A DNA stretch of 54,153 nucleotides from a virus (IMGVR_UViG_3300009181_000094:1-54153), one strand, 5' to 3'. Counted from the stretch's first letter, positions 29,869-39,744 are shown. Numbers and translations are program-made. Notes: a model not told the origin generated them from the letters alone.

Positions 29869-31044
29869 ATGGCCAAAACTATTCCTAAAGATTTTTACTG
29901 TGCTGCACCCTGGCGCGGTTTGCATATAAACCCCCAGGGTGCTGTCAAAACATGCTGTGCCGGCGATCCCAACATGTTGGGCAATCTTAACTCGCAAGGC
30001 ATTGAACAAATACTCAACAGCGACCTGATGGGCAAAATACGTGCCAGTTTGGCACAAGGCAAACCGCACAAATACTGCAATAACTGTGTCAAAGCCGAAC
30101 GATTTGGTGCTGATTCAGAGCGGCAGTGGCACAACAAAGTCAACCCCAACTTTGACTTTGCCAACGCAGGTGATCAGTATCATTATCCAGTGATTGTGGA
30201 TGTGCGCTGGAATACCACTTGCAATTTGAGTTGCAACTACTGTGGAGAAATGTGCAGTTCAAAATGGGCGCAGATCAAGTCCATGCCAATCAAATCTGGC
30301 ACAAGACCCTATTACGAGCAAGTGTGTGATTTTATTGAGCAACATCATGATCACATATACGAAGTTGCACTAGTGGGCGGCGAACCACTGTTGCTGCCTG
30401 AAAATGAAAGACTGCTGGATGTTGTGCCCAAATCTGCTATCATCACATTGATCACAAATCTAAGTGTTGATTTACGCAACAACAAAGTATTCCGCAAATT
30501 GTCCGAAAGACAAAAGGTAGGGTGGTCAATGAGCTTTGACAACATTGGAGCTAAGTTTGAATATGTGAGGCACGGTGCTTCTTGGCCTGTGTTGCAAGAA
30601 AATTTACAGATCATCAAAGACAGCAAGCAAAGTCGACAAAACTGGGGCGGAGTACATGCAGTGTATAATATCTACAACGCCACTCATATCTGCGAATTTA
30701 GACAATTCCTTCAGGATGCAGGTGTTTCAATTATGTGGCAAAACTTGTTTAGACCTGACTACTTGGATCCATTTTTGTATGGTCCTGCTGTGGCCGAGAA
30801 GGCTGCGGAAGAGATTAGACGTTTTTATGCCATGGGCATTGCTACTCCTGCAGAGAAGAGATTTTTTGATCAAGCACTGAGTAAATACGAGTCTGTTGTG
30901 GCAGCACAACCCAGAATTGTTTACAAGTTCAAGCAACACATCAACGAAATTGAAACAATGTATCACCCAGACAAAGCAGGACAATTTAGACAGTTATGGC
31001 CTGAACTGGCCGAAAGCATATTAGATGATCCAACCTCCAGCTAA
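29869..31044 (+). CDS. Radical SAM protein with N-terminal SPASM/twitch-like Fe-S domain
   Basis: CAAPW...TCC...CNNC, then CNLSCNYC, GGEPLL; TAAATA 4 nt upstream. Confidence 0.85.
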   Translation: MAKTIPKDFYCAAPWRGLHINPQGAVKTCCAGDPNMLGNLNSQGIEQILNSDLMGKIRASLAQGKPHKYCNNCVKAERFGADSERQWHNKVNPNFDFANAGDQYHYPVIVDVRWNTTCNLSCNYCGEMCSSKWAQIKSMPIKSGTRPYYEQVCDFIEQHHDHIYEVALVGGEPLLLPENERLLDVVPKSAIITLITNLSVDLRNNKVFRKLSERQKVGWSMSFDNIGAKFEYVRHGASWPVLQENLQIIKDSKQSRQNWGGVHAVYNIYNATHICEFRQFLQDAGVSIMWQNLFRPDYLDPFLYGPAVAEKAAEEIRRFYAMGIATPAEKRFFDQALSKYESVVAAQPRIVYKFKQHINEIETMYHPDKAGQFRQLWPELAESILDDPTSS

Positions 31045-32611
31045 AAATTTAGAAACGGTGCTGGTCAAAGCGCCGCACCGCAAAGAAGTCTACACAGAAG
31101 ACGAGCTGATTGAGTTTGCCCGGTGTGCAGATCCTGTCACAGGTCCACTATACTTCATGGATAATTTCTTTTTTATTCAGCATCCCACACGCGGTAAGAT
31201 GTTGTATCATCCGTTTGAGTATCAGACCAGACTGATTGAAACTTATCACAACTACAGATACAGTATCAGTCTGATGCCTCGACAAACCGGCAAGTCAACG
31301 TCGGCTGCCGGTTACTTGTTGTGGTATGCAATGTTTGTGCCAGACAGCACAATCTTAGTGGCCGCACACAAATACACAGGTGCGCAGGAGATCATGCAAC
31401 GTATTCGTTATGCATATGAACTGTGTCCCAATCATATTAGAGCAGGTGCTACCAGTTACAACAAGAACAGTCTAGAGTTTGAAAACGGATCGCGTATTGT
31501 TGCACAGACCACAACTGAAACAACTGGACGGGGTATGTCCATATCGCTGTTATACGCTGATGAGTTTGCATTTGTGCGACCCACTATTGCCAGAGAGTTC
31601 TGGACTTCTATCAGCCCCACCTTGGCCACTGGTGGTAAGGCAATTATTACAAGCACTCCCAACTCAGACGAAGACCAGTTTGCACTGCTGTGGAAAGGTG
31701 CCAACAAGACTGAGGACGAGCATGGCAACACCACTGAGTTAGGCATCAACGGATTCCGTGCATTTAGAAGCAACTGGCGTGAGCACCCTGACAGAGATGA
31801 AAAATGGGGATTGGAACAGTTGGCACAACTGGGTGAAGATCGATTCCGACGTGAAATGGAATGCGAATTTGTTATCAATGATGAAACCTTGATTGCCCCT
31901 ACCAAACTACTGGACTTAGAGGGCGTAGAACCACAACGCAGAACAGGTCAAGTGCGTTGGTATAAAAAGCCTGTCAAAGACAAAATGTATATTGTGGCAT
32001 TAGACCCTAGCCTGGGCACAGGCGGCGATCCTGCTGCCATACAAGTGTTTGAAGCAGATACCACAGAACAAGTGGCCGAATGGCGTCACAACAGAACTGA
32101 CATTCCCACACAGGTCAAACTGTTGGCTGACATTGTGGCTGAGTTATACGAAGTCATCAAAGACGACAAAAAGATTTACTATTCAGTAGAAAACAACACC
32201 ATTGGTGAAGCTGCCTTGATATCCATAAACGAGTATGGCGAAGAGAATATTCGGGGCTACTTTCTCAGCGACAATTCAGTGACAGGCACCACTGGACGTA
32301 GATTCCGCAAGGGATTCAACACCACCAACAAAGCCAAGCTCACTGCCTGCAACAAGTTCAAAATTCTTGTGGAATCAGGTCGCATGAAGCTACACAGCAG
32401 ACCCTTGATTTCAGAACTCAAAACGTTTGTTGCTCATGGGGGCAGTTATGCTGCCAAGCCCGGCGAAACTGATGACCTTGTGATGAGCTCGCTGTTGGCA
32501 GTGCGCATGCTGATGATGTTGCAAACATACCATGCAGAACTAGACACACAAATGAAAGATCACGGCGATAACATCATTGAGCCCATGCCGTTCATATCAA
32601 TGCTGCGCTAA
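31025..32611 (+). CDS. gp17: Terminase large subunit (gp17-like)
   Basis: PRQTGKS Walker A, LLYADEFAF Walker B, ITSTPN, RFRREMECEF, LDPSLG, VENN, DDLVMS nuclease motifs. Confidence 0.95.
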   Translation: MIQPPAKNLETVLVKAPHRKEVYTEDELIEFARCADPVTGPLYFMDNFFFIQHPTRGKMLYHPFEYQTRLIETYHNYRYSISLMPRQTGKSTSAAGYLLWYAMFVPDSTILVAAHKYTGAQEIMQRIRYAYELCPNHIRAGATSYNKNSLEFENGSRIVAQTTTETTGRGMSISLLYADEFAFVRPTIAREFWTSISPTLATGGKAIITSTPNSDEDQFALLWKGANKTEDEHGNTTELGINGFRAFRSNWREHPDRDEKWGLEQLAQLGEDRFRREMECEFVINDETLIAPTKLLDLEGVEPQRRTGQVRWYKKPVKDKMYIVALDPSLGTGGDPAAIQVFEADTTEQVAEWRHNRTDIPTQVKLLADIVAELYEVIKDDKKIYYSVENNTIGEAALISINEYGEENIRGYFLSDNSVTGTTGRRFRKGFNTTNKAKLTACNKFKILVESGRMKLHSRPLISELKTFVAHGGSYAAKPGETDDLVMSSLLAVRMLMMLQTYHAELDTQMKDHGDNIIEPMPFISMLR

Positions 32612-32621
32612 ATACACAACT

Positions 32622-35117
32622 ATGACAATGGAAGCATTACCTCAAGATCTAGCAGACTTTCTGGTTACAAAGAATTTTGACCCAGAATACTTTGATGACC
32701 AAGGCCAGCCCTCAGAAGCTGGTGACGCTAAAACTATCAAATTTGACTATGTGGCAGATTCCGGCAAGAATTACGGCACAGCAGTGTGTGTGATTGCTGA
32801 TGATGAACTCAGTTTGTTCTACGGGGACAATTTGGGCCGCGGAATGGAGCCAGAGGACAAAGAAGAGTGGTTCAGTTTCTTAGAAGAACTCAGCAACCAA
32901 GCAGCCAGACATTCAGCAACTTGGAGTCCCCGAGATATCAACCAACTCAAACACACCTTGGCTGGCATTGCTGCCATCAAAGAAGGTTTGTTTGAAGGCT
33001 ACTACGGTAATCGCCGTGTGAGTTACATGGGCGAACAAACTCAAGCGCGACTGGTGATCAATCACAATCGTGTGTTGGGCGAAGAAGACAAACGTTATCG
33101 CTATGTGGAAAGTTTGTTTATTGAAACAGCAGATCAAGAACGTTTTAGACTGCCATTCAAAAGCCTGGCAGGTGGTCGAGCCATGCTGGAACATGTGCGT
33201 TCGGGCGGACGCCCGTATGATGTTCGTGGCAATCACATTACCGAAGTTGTGAGTGAGATGGCAGTGCTGAGTCGTTTCAATCGTGCGCAACACAATCGTG
33301 TGTACGAGGGTGTCACACAAGAACTAGTAGAAAGCGCACAGCAATACTATCACAACCTACAAGAAACCATCAAGCATCTTGGCAGCTCACGTGGCTATCA
33401 AGCATACTTTGAAAGCTGGGCTCCTGACCAAACAGGTGAAGCAGAAAGCCTGGTAGAAAATCTACGCAACTTGTTTGTGGAACAAACACTGGATGCTAGA
33501 ATTGAAGCTGCCTTGCCCACATTGGCCAAGATACAACAACAAGGAAACAACATGAAAGAAGCGCAAATATTTGAAAACTGGATCAACAACCTCAGCGAAG
33601 GAACTTGGTCACTACCAGAAACTCCTGAGCAAATGGAAAAACTCAACCAGTTGATGAGTGCAGAACTCATTGTTGGTCCAGATGCTACCAACGCCACAGA
33701 ACTGTTGTATGACATTGTGGGTGATGACGAACTGTTTGACATCTTAAACGACTTGGCTGATCGTTCAGAAGGTCGTGCCAACATTTGGGACGACTCAGAT
33801 GTGCAACGCAGACTGGCTGAACTGGGTGTGCAAACTCCTCAGAGCACACAAGCAGAACCTGCTGATGTGCCACAAGACACAGCACCGGCTGTGAAAGAAC
33901 AAGGCATGGCGGAAGGCTCGTTGAATGAATTTAAAGTAGATAATTTCGATCGTGATGACGATGATGACGATGAGGATGAATTCCCGCAGATGTTTGAAGC
34001 ACCATTTACTGCTGTTATTAACGGTAAAAAACAAACTGGCACAGTGATAATTTATCCTGGAGAAGTTACCTCGGCAGAATGGCATCTCAAAGATGCAATC
34101 TATATCAAAACTGGTATGGATAATGTACACGACACAAGTGACTTTATTACACATGCGGCAGAATACATTCAAGAAATCATCAAATTGGATGGCCGAGGGC
34201 ATAATTATGTAAAGCATCTGAAAAAGCGTCGAGGTGTGGGGGAAAACTCTGGTGACTCACAGATCGCACCTGGCATGAAAACTCAATACGGAATTGTGAT
34301 GTCTGTAGAGGGAAACACTGTCACAGTTAAAGCATCAAACGGTGAATTGACCACGGTGAATATTCACGATATAGAGCAAGGTGTGGCGGAAGGCGACAAC
34401 ATGTCTACATTTGCGGAAGATCGTGAATTGGCTGAGATGCTGAAATATGCTGGCGTGCCCATCAAAGAAAACGTGTTGACAGATTCCACTGGCAGCACAC
34501 TAGACCATATCATGGACACATACAAGCGTGATGTCAAAGACTTCACCCAAACTGGAGAAATGAGTCGTCATTTGGAGCAAGTATTGTATGATTACTACTA
34601 TGACGATATGCCATATGGCGCAAAAACTGGCGAAGACATAGATACATCTGAATGGATCGGCGATCGTTTTGCTCAAGACATTGGTCTTGACGAAGGTTGG
34701 AAAGGTGCCTTGGCCGGCGGACTTGCTGGCTCAGCATTGGGCAGCGTGGTTCCTGCACTGGGCACAATAGCCGGTGGTATTGCTGGTGCTTATGCAGGAC
34801 ACAAAATTGGCGATCAAGGGATCAGTGACCCAGACAAACAATGGAAGTCACCAAACAAAGAACCACAACAACAAAAACCTGTGAGTGAGTGCAACTACAC
34901 TATGGAAGGTGAATATTGCCCAGAACACGGTCTAGCCGAATGTGGCATGGCATCAGGTGGCGCAGTGGGCATGCCTTACAGCATGGGCGAAGGCACAGAT
35001 GATCCAATCAATTCAAACTCAGCCATGACTGGCAGCTACTACGAAGGCAAGGAATCTAACATCCAAGAAGGCGATGCACTCCTGGCAAGAATAAAGTCAT
35101 TAGCCTTGATTAGATGA
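32622..35117 (+). CDS. Large acidic head-associated protein with cassette-like C-terminal modules
   Basis: TAAATA at 32609; follows the terminase; many xxE sites, three QG(V/M)AEG-like repeats and a glycine zipper. Confidence 0.65.
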   Translation: MTMEALPQDLADFLVTKNFDPEYFDDQGQPSEAGDAKTIKFDYVADSGKNYGTAVCVIADDELSLFYGDNLGRGMEPEDKEEWFSFLEELSNQAARHSATWSPRDINQLKHTLAGIAAIKEGLFEGYYGNRRVSYMGEQTQARLVINHNRVLGEEDKRYRYVESLFIETADQERFRLPFKSLAGGRAMLEHVRSGGRPYDVRGNHITEVVSEMAVLSRFNRAQHNRVYEGVTQELVESAQQYYHNLQETIKHLGSSRGYQAYFESWAPDQTGEAESLVENLRNLFVEQTLDARIEAALPTLAKIQQQGNNMKEAQIFENWINNLSEGTWSLPETPEQMEKLNQLMSAELIVGPDATNATELLYDIVGDDELFDILNDLADRSEGRANIWDDSDVQRRLAELGVQTPQSTQAEPADVPQDTAPAVKEQGMAEGSLNEFKVDNFDRDDDDDDEDEFPQMFEAPFTAVINGKKQTGTVIIYPGEVTSAEWHLKDAIYIKTGMDNVHDTSDFITHAAEYIQEIIKLDGRGHNYVKHLKKRRGVGENSGDSQIAPGMKTQYGIVMSVEGNTVTVKASNGELTTVNIHDIEQGVAEGDNMSTFAEDRELAEMLKYAGVPIKENVLTDSTGSTLDHIMDTYKRDVKDFTQTGEMSRHLEQVLYDYYYDDMPYGAKTGEDIDTSEWIGDRFAQDIGLDEGWKGALAGGLAGSALGSVVPALGTIAGGIAGAYAGHKIGDQGISDPDKQWKSPNKEPQQQKPVSECNYTMEGEYCPEHGLAECGMASGGAVGMPYSMGEGTDDPINSNSAMTGSYYEGKESNIQEGDALLARIKSLALIR
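33897..34394 (+). repeat. Direct repeats GARCAAGGYRTGGCGGAAGGC bounding in-frame modules
   Basis: GAACAAGGCATGGCGGAAGGC (33897), CGAGGTGTGGGGGAA (34230), GAGCAAGGTGTGGCGGAAGGC (34374). Confidence 0.75.
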
Positions 35118-36127
35118 ACTTATCGTTCCCACCAGGATCACCGGAACATGAATTAATTCAACCGGTTGATTCTGGCACTGTTCGACTGATAGATCATCTG
35201 TTTGGCTTTGATTCAAACTTTGAAAATTATCTGCTTCGAGCGTTTGATGACTTACAACAGCCTATAACAATCTACACTGAATATATTCTTGACGATCAAG
35301 TAAAACTCAAGTATCCAAATCTTGACATAAGATTTGATGCGGCTGCAATGATTCAAGGAAATAATTTGTTGGCAGTTGACAGATATGCAAGATCTGCAGA
35401 CCCAAACTTGTTAAACAATGTAAAAGTCAATTTCCTCAGCTCATTTAACAAAGCAGCACACATAGGTAGAATTTGGTTGGTTTTGTGGTTGTATGAACTG
35501 GGATGGTTCAATGATGAGTGTTGTTCAAAGCATTTTGAAATTGTAAACACTCCTCGACAAGGGTGGGTATGGAGTCCTATCCCAGACGAAGTGTTGTATT
35601 TGTATTCAAAGTATGTTGGAGATGATTACAATCTGCCCTCCAAACAACATCCACGAAGTCAATTCTTAAAAAAAATTATCAAGTTCGGCAATCCATACCA
35701 TACTCCCAGTGATGATTTAAAAATTCTAGCAAAGTTCAATCAAAGGTCTTTTGTGAATCTAGTGGCAGAAACTGTGCCAATCAACAGCATACCATTTCCA
35801 ACTGAAAAATCTTTGTGCCCAATCGTGCATAAAACATTATGGGTAGCATACGCACCGTTAGGACATCATAAATTTATGTTTGACAAGTTTGGATTCCGCC
35901 CATACCAGTGCTTTGATTACACATTTGATCAAGAACCTGACCCAGTGGAGCGACTAGGCAAGCTCACACACATGCTGACTAAATTTTCCAAAATGACTCC
36001 AGACCAATGGCAAGATATCTACAATCAAGAAAAAGAAATCATCAAGTTTAATTTTGAACATGTGGCCAGCGGATCTTTTCTAACACAAATTCGACAACTG
36101 AATCAGACTGACAATAATTTTAATTAG
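35114..36127 (+). CDS. Hypothetical protein, possibly glycosyltransferase-like
   Basis: LVAET...FPTEKS...FGF..Y..FDYTFD motif as in 16216..17244. Confidence 0.5.
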   Translation: MNLSFPPGSPEHELIQPVDSGTVRLIDHLFGFDSNFENYLLRAFDDLQQPITIYTEYILDDQVKLKYPNLDIRFDAAAMIQGNNLLAVDRYARSADPNLLNNVKVNFLSSFNKAAHIGRIWLVLWLYELGWFNDECCSKHFEIVNTPRQGWVWSPIPDEVLYLYSKYVGDDYNLPSKQHPRSQFLKKIIKFGNPYHTPSDDLKILAKFNQRSFVNLVAETVPINSIPFPTEKSLCPIVHKTLWVAYAPLGHHKFMFDKFGFRPYQCFDYTFDQEPDPVERLGKLTHMLTKFSKMTPDQWQDIYNQEKEIIKFNFEHVASGSFLTQIRQLNQTDNNFN

Positions 36128-36140
36128 AACAACTTGATCA

Positions 36141-36178
36141 TAAATAACATTGACACGTAGACAAAAAGCGCATATACT
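36141..36178 (+). promoter_or_regulatory. Tandem late (TAAATA) and sigma70 (TTGACA-17-TATACT) promoters of gp32
   Basis: TAAATA 36141-46, TTGACA 36150-55, TATACT 36173-78. Confidence 0.7.
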
Positions 36179-36277
36179 ACTACAGTGTTTGCGCTTTTTT
36201 GTTTGTGTCACAGGCAACTAAGATCTAAACATTTAGATAGGCAACATAACATAGGCAACTTACTAAGGAGAAAAACT

Positions 36278-37276
36278 ATGGCATCATTAGCAGAAATCAG
36301 AGCAAGACTACAGGCAGCAGAGGGCAACAAAGGCGGCGGACAAACAGGTGGAGACAACTCCATTTACGCCCATTGGAACATGGAAGAAGGACAAAGTGCA
36401 ACACTGCGATTCCTTCCCGATGCAAATACAAAAAACACATTTTTCTGGCAAGAACGAGCAATGATTCGTTTGCCTTTCGCTGGCATCAAAGGCGAAATGG
36501 ATTCCAAACAAGTGTATGTGCAAGTGCCTTGTGTGGAAATGTGGGGCGAAGCATGTCCTATCTTGGCAGAAGTGCGCACCTGGTTCAAGGACAAGAGTCT
36601 TGAAGAAATGGGTCGCAAATACTGGAAGAAGCGTAGCTACATCTTTCAAGGCTTCGTGCGTGAAAACCCACTAAGCGACGACAAGAGCCCAGAAAATCCC
36701 ATCCGACGTTTCATCATCGGACCTCAGATTTTCACCATCATCAAAGGCGCATTGATGGATCCCGAACTGGAAGAATTGCCCACAGACACACTGCGTGGCT
36801 TGGACTTCCGTATCACTAAAACTGCCAAAGGTGGTTTTGCTGACTACAACACTTCAAAGTGGGCACGTAAGGAATCGGCACTGACCGAAGCTGAACAAGC
36901 CGCTATTGCCACACATGGCTTGTATGACTTGAGCACATTCCTGCCCAAGAAGCCGGGCGATGTTGAACTCAAGGTCATCAAAGAAATGTTTGAAGCCTCA
37001 GTGGAGGGACAACCTTACGACACAGAACGTTGGGGTCAATACTTCCGTCCTGCTGGTGTTCAAGCACCTGGTGGTGCCGGAGCCGCACATGTGGATGAGG
37101 ACACTCCTGCACCAGCAGCCAAAGCCGCACCAGTGGCAACACCTGCACCAGCAGCAGACAATGGATTTGACGAAGATGACACTCCTGTGGCAGCCGCACC
37201 AGTGGTCAAGCCCGCAGCCAGTGGACAAAATGCTCAGGACATCCTGGCCATGATCCGTAGCCGTCAAGCCAAGTAA
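36278..37276 (+). CDS. gp32: Single-stranded DNA-binding protein (gp32-like)
   Basis: LRFLPD, CPI, YWKKRSY, DFRITK, Y..SKW and an acidic/Ala-Pro tail; AAGGAG SD; upstream of uvsX. Confidence 0.9.
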   Translation: MASLAEIRARLQAAEGNKGGGQTGGDNSIYAHWNMEEGQSATLRFLPDANTKNTFFWQERAMIRLPFAGIKGEMDSKQVYVQVPCVEMWGEACPILAEVRTWFKDKSLEEMGRKYWKKRSYIFQGFVRENPLSDDKSPENPIRRFIIGPQIFTIIKGALMDPELEELPTDTLRGLDFRITKTAKGGFADYNTSKWARKESALTEAEQAAIATHGLYDLSTFLPKKPGDVELKVIKEMFEASVEGQPYDTERWGQYFRPAGVQAPGGAGAAHVDEDTPAPAAKAAPVATPAPAADNGFDEDDTPVAAAPVVKPAASGQNAQDILAMIRSRQAK

Positions 37277-37287
37277 TTGACTGTATC

Positions 37288-37317
37288 ACACAGAGGGGCT
37301 CTCCCTCTGTGTTCTTT
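37288..37317 (+). terminator. Intrinsic terminator after gp32
   Basis: ACACAGAGGG-GCTCT-CCCTCTGTGT-TCTTT. Confidence 0.75.
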
Positions 37318-37337
37318 AAAAAAATAATAGGTGATTC

Positions 37338-38393
37338 ATGGGTAAACCCTTTGACGTTTCAAAATTCCGTAAAGAAATTACAAAATCAATCGATGGACTC
37401 AGCATCGGTTTTAACGATCCTACAGACTGGATCAGCACAGGCAATTATGCACTAAACTATTTGATCAGCGGCGACTTCAATCGCGGCATTCCACTGGGTA
37501 AGGTCACAGTGTTTGCTGGTGACTCTGGTGCAGGTAAATCATACATCTGTTCAGGTAACATTATCAAGAACGCACAAGAGCAAGGCATCTTTGTTGTGCT
37601 GATTGATAGTGAAAACGCCTTAGACGAAGACTGGCTCAAAGCACTTGGCGTGGACACATCAGAAAGCAAACTGTTGAAACTGAGTATGGCCATGATTGAC
37701 GATGTGGCAAAGACCATTTCAACATTTATGAGCGACTACAAAGCATTACCCGAAGGCGAACGTCCCAAGGTCATGTTTGTGATTGACTCACTGGGCATGT
37801 TGTTGACCCCAACGGATGTTAACCAGTTTGATGCAGGCGAAATGAAGGGCGACTTGGGTCGTAAACCCAAAGCACTCACAGCATTGGTGCGTAACTGTGT
37901 AAACATGTTTGGTAGCTACAACGTAGGGTTGGTTTGCACCAATCACACCTACGCAAGTCAAGACATGTTTGATCCCGACGACAAAATTAGTGGTGGTCAA
38001 GGCTTTATCTATGCTTCAAGTATTGTGGTTGCCATGAAGAAGATGAAGCTGAAAGAGGATGAGGACGGCAACAAAGTGTCAGACGTGAACGGTATTCGTG
38101 CAGGCTGTAAAGTTATGAAAACACGCTATGCCAAACCCTTTGAAGGTGTGCAGGTCAAGATTCCTTACACAACAGGTATGAGTCCTTACTCAGGCCTGGT
38201 AGACTTGATTGAAAAGAAAGAAATGCTCAAGCGCGAAGGCAACAGTTTAGTGTTTACCACAAGCGAAGGCGAGATCATCAAGAAGTTTCGCAAGGCCTGG
38301 GAAAAGAACGATGATGGTTGCTTGGACAAAGTCATGATTGACTTCAAGAATATCAAAACAGAGGTAAGTACAGCCGACACAGCGGAGGAATAA
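37338..38393 (+). CDS. uvsX: RecA-like recombinase UvsX
   Basis: GDSGAGKS Walker A, IDSENA, VIDSLG, TNHTY, SGGQG..YASS, KTRY.KPF. Confidence 0.95.
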   Translation: MGKPFDVSKFRKEITKSIDGLSIGFNDPTDWISTGNYALNYLISGDFNRGIPLGKVTVFAGDSGAGKSYICSGNIIKNAQEQGIFVVLIDSENALDEDWLKALGVDTSESKLLKLSMAMIDDVAKTISTFMSDYKALPEGERPKVMFVIDSLGMLLTPTDVNQFDAGEMKGDLGRKPKALTALVRNCVNMFGSYNVGLVCTNHTYASQDMFDPDDKISGGQGFIYASSIVVAMKKMKLKEDEDGNKVSDVNGIRAGCKVMKTRYAKPFEGVQVKIPYTTGMSPYSGLVDLIEKKEMLKREGNSLVFTTSEGEIIKKFRKAWEKNDDGCLDKVMIDFKNIKTEVSTADTAEE

Positions 38394-38395
38394 CA

Positions 38396-38662
38396 ATGTC
38401 AGCAGAAGTAGCAAGCGAAATTTGGGGCGAATTAAAACGATACGTCAATGTGGTAGATCGCATGGATGCAGCCGAAAGCATTGTGGCTATCTTGATTGAT
38501 CATGACCATGATGTTGACGAAATTCGAGAAGCCTTTAAAGGAGATTCAGACATCAAGAAAGCTCTTACAGCATACTTGGACAATGACAAGGACTATGCAG
38601 AAGACGACCTAGAAGAAGATATTGATGATGAGGACAACTACAATCAAGAAGATGACTACTAA
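38396..38662 (+). CDS. Small acidic hypothetical protein
   Basis: GGAGG SD; lies between uvsX and uvsY. Confidence 0.75.
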   Translation: MSAEVASEIWGELKRYVNVVDRMDAAESIVAILIDHDHDVDEIREAFKGDSDIKKALTAYLDNDKDYAEDDLEEDIDDEDNYNQEDDY

Positions 38663-39114
38663 TGTGGTATAGCAAAGTAGTTGCTGATCTCAGCAACATA
38701 CCTGACTTCATTGCACACTTTGAGTCAGAACTCACGGATGCCAAACGTGACTGTAAAATTGGCGGCTTGGTAGAAAAGAATATTACTGCACTACCGGGCA
38801 TCACTGAGCACAGGTTCAACCAGCTGCAAGAAATTGAAGCTGTGTTGAACTTTCTCAACATTCAACTGCGCAAAATACGCACCCGACATTTTAAAAAATA
38901 TCTAGAAGGCTATGCCCGTGCGTTGACTGCACGTGATGCTGAAAAATATGTGGATGGCGAAGAAGAAGTTGTAGACTTTGAAACCATCATTAACGAAGTG
39001 GCCTTGCTACGTAATCGCTGGCTGGGCATCATGAAAGGTCTAGACACTAAGCAGTGGCAAATGGGGCATGTGGTGCGACTGCGCACAGCAGGCATGGAAG
39101 ACATCACAGTATGA
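38662..39114 (+). CDS. uvsY: Recombination mediator UvsY-like protein
   Basis: Helical 150 aa with YVDGE...KGLD.KQWQ...LR.AG C-terminal motif; synteny with uvsX. Confidence 0.75.
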   Translation: MWYSKVVADLSNIPDFIAHFESELTDAKRDCKIGGLVEKNITALPGITEHRFNQLQEIEAVLNFLNIQLRKIRTRHFKKYLEGYARALTARDAEKYVDGEEEVVDFETIINEVALLRNRWLGIMKGLDTKQWQMGHVVRLRTAGMEDITV

Positions 39115-39743
39115 ACTTGTATGCAGACAATCCCGACAAAGGTGCACACGACTCAGCACAGTGGGCTAGAAAATGGACTACTGAAAAATACATTGCCAAG
39201 CGTCGAGCCAACTTTGACGCAGTTGATGCATACTTGTCACAACCCATTGGCAAGTTATTGGACATTGGTTGCGGGTTTGCTCACGAATCCCGCTGGTTTG
39301 CAGAAAAGTACGGCACAGAGTTGTGGTTATTGGACGGCGATCAACAACAAAACGCCAACAAATCTGACACAGCCTCTTATGGTAATTGGAATGCAACATC
39401 AGACGCCTTGTACTTTTATCACAGTTTTGATTTTTTAGATGCCAAGTTACAAGAACTAGGCACAAAAAATTATCACTTGATTGATGCCAACAACATCAAC
39501 ATTGCCGAAGATGTAAAATTTGACGTAATAACTTCGTGGCTCAGTTGTGGACATCATTATCCTGTTAACACCTACATTGACTTAATGAAAAAGCATTCGC
39601 ATGAACACACACGAATCATATTGGACATACGATGCAAAGGTACTGAAACTAATTTTATAGGTGTAGACGGATTTGAAATTGTCAATGTGGTGTCAAACTC
39701 TGGCGGCAAAAAACGAGCCACAGTGGAAATAAAGTTGATCTAA
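39111..39743 (+). CDS. Class I SAM-dependent methyltransferase
   Basis: LLDIGCG motif I, FDVITS; ATG at 39111 overlaps the uvsY stop. Confidence 0.8.
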   Translation: MNLYADNPDKGAHDSAQWARKWTTEKYIAKRRANFDAVDAYLSQPIGKLLDIGCGFAHESRWFAEKYGTELWLLDGDQQQNANKSDTASYGNWNATSDALYFYHSFDFLDAKLQELGTKNYHLIDANNINIAEDVKFDVITSWLSCGHHYPVNTYIDLMKKHSHEHTRIILDIRCKGTETNFIGVDGFEIVNVVSNSGGKKRATVEIKLI

Positions 39744-39744
39744 A

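Noticed and set aside
31025-38393. Introns or inteins in terminase, gp32 or uvsX
   Set aside because: All are continuous and of ordinary length, with no splicing motifs seen.
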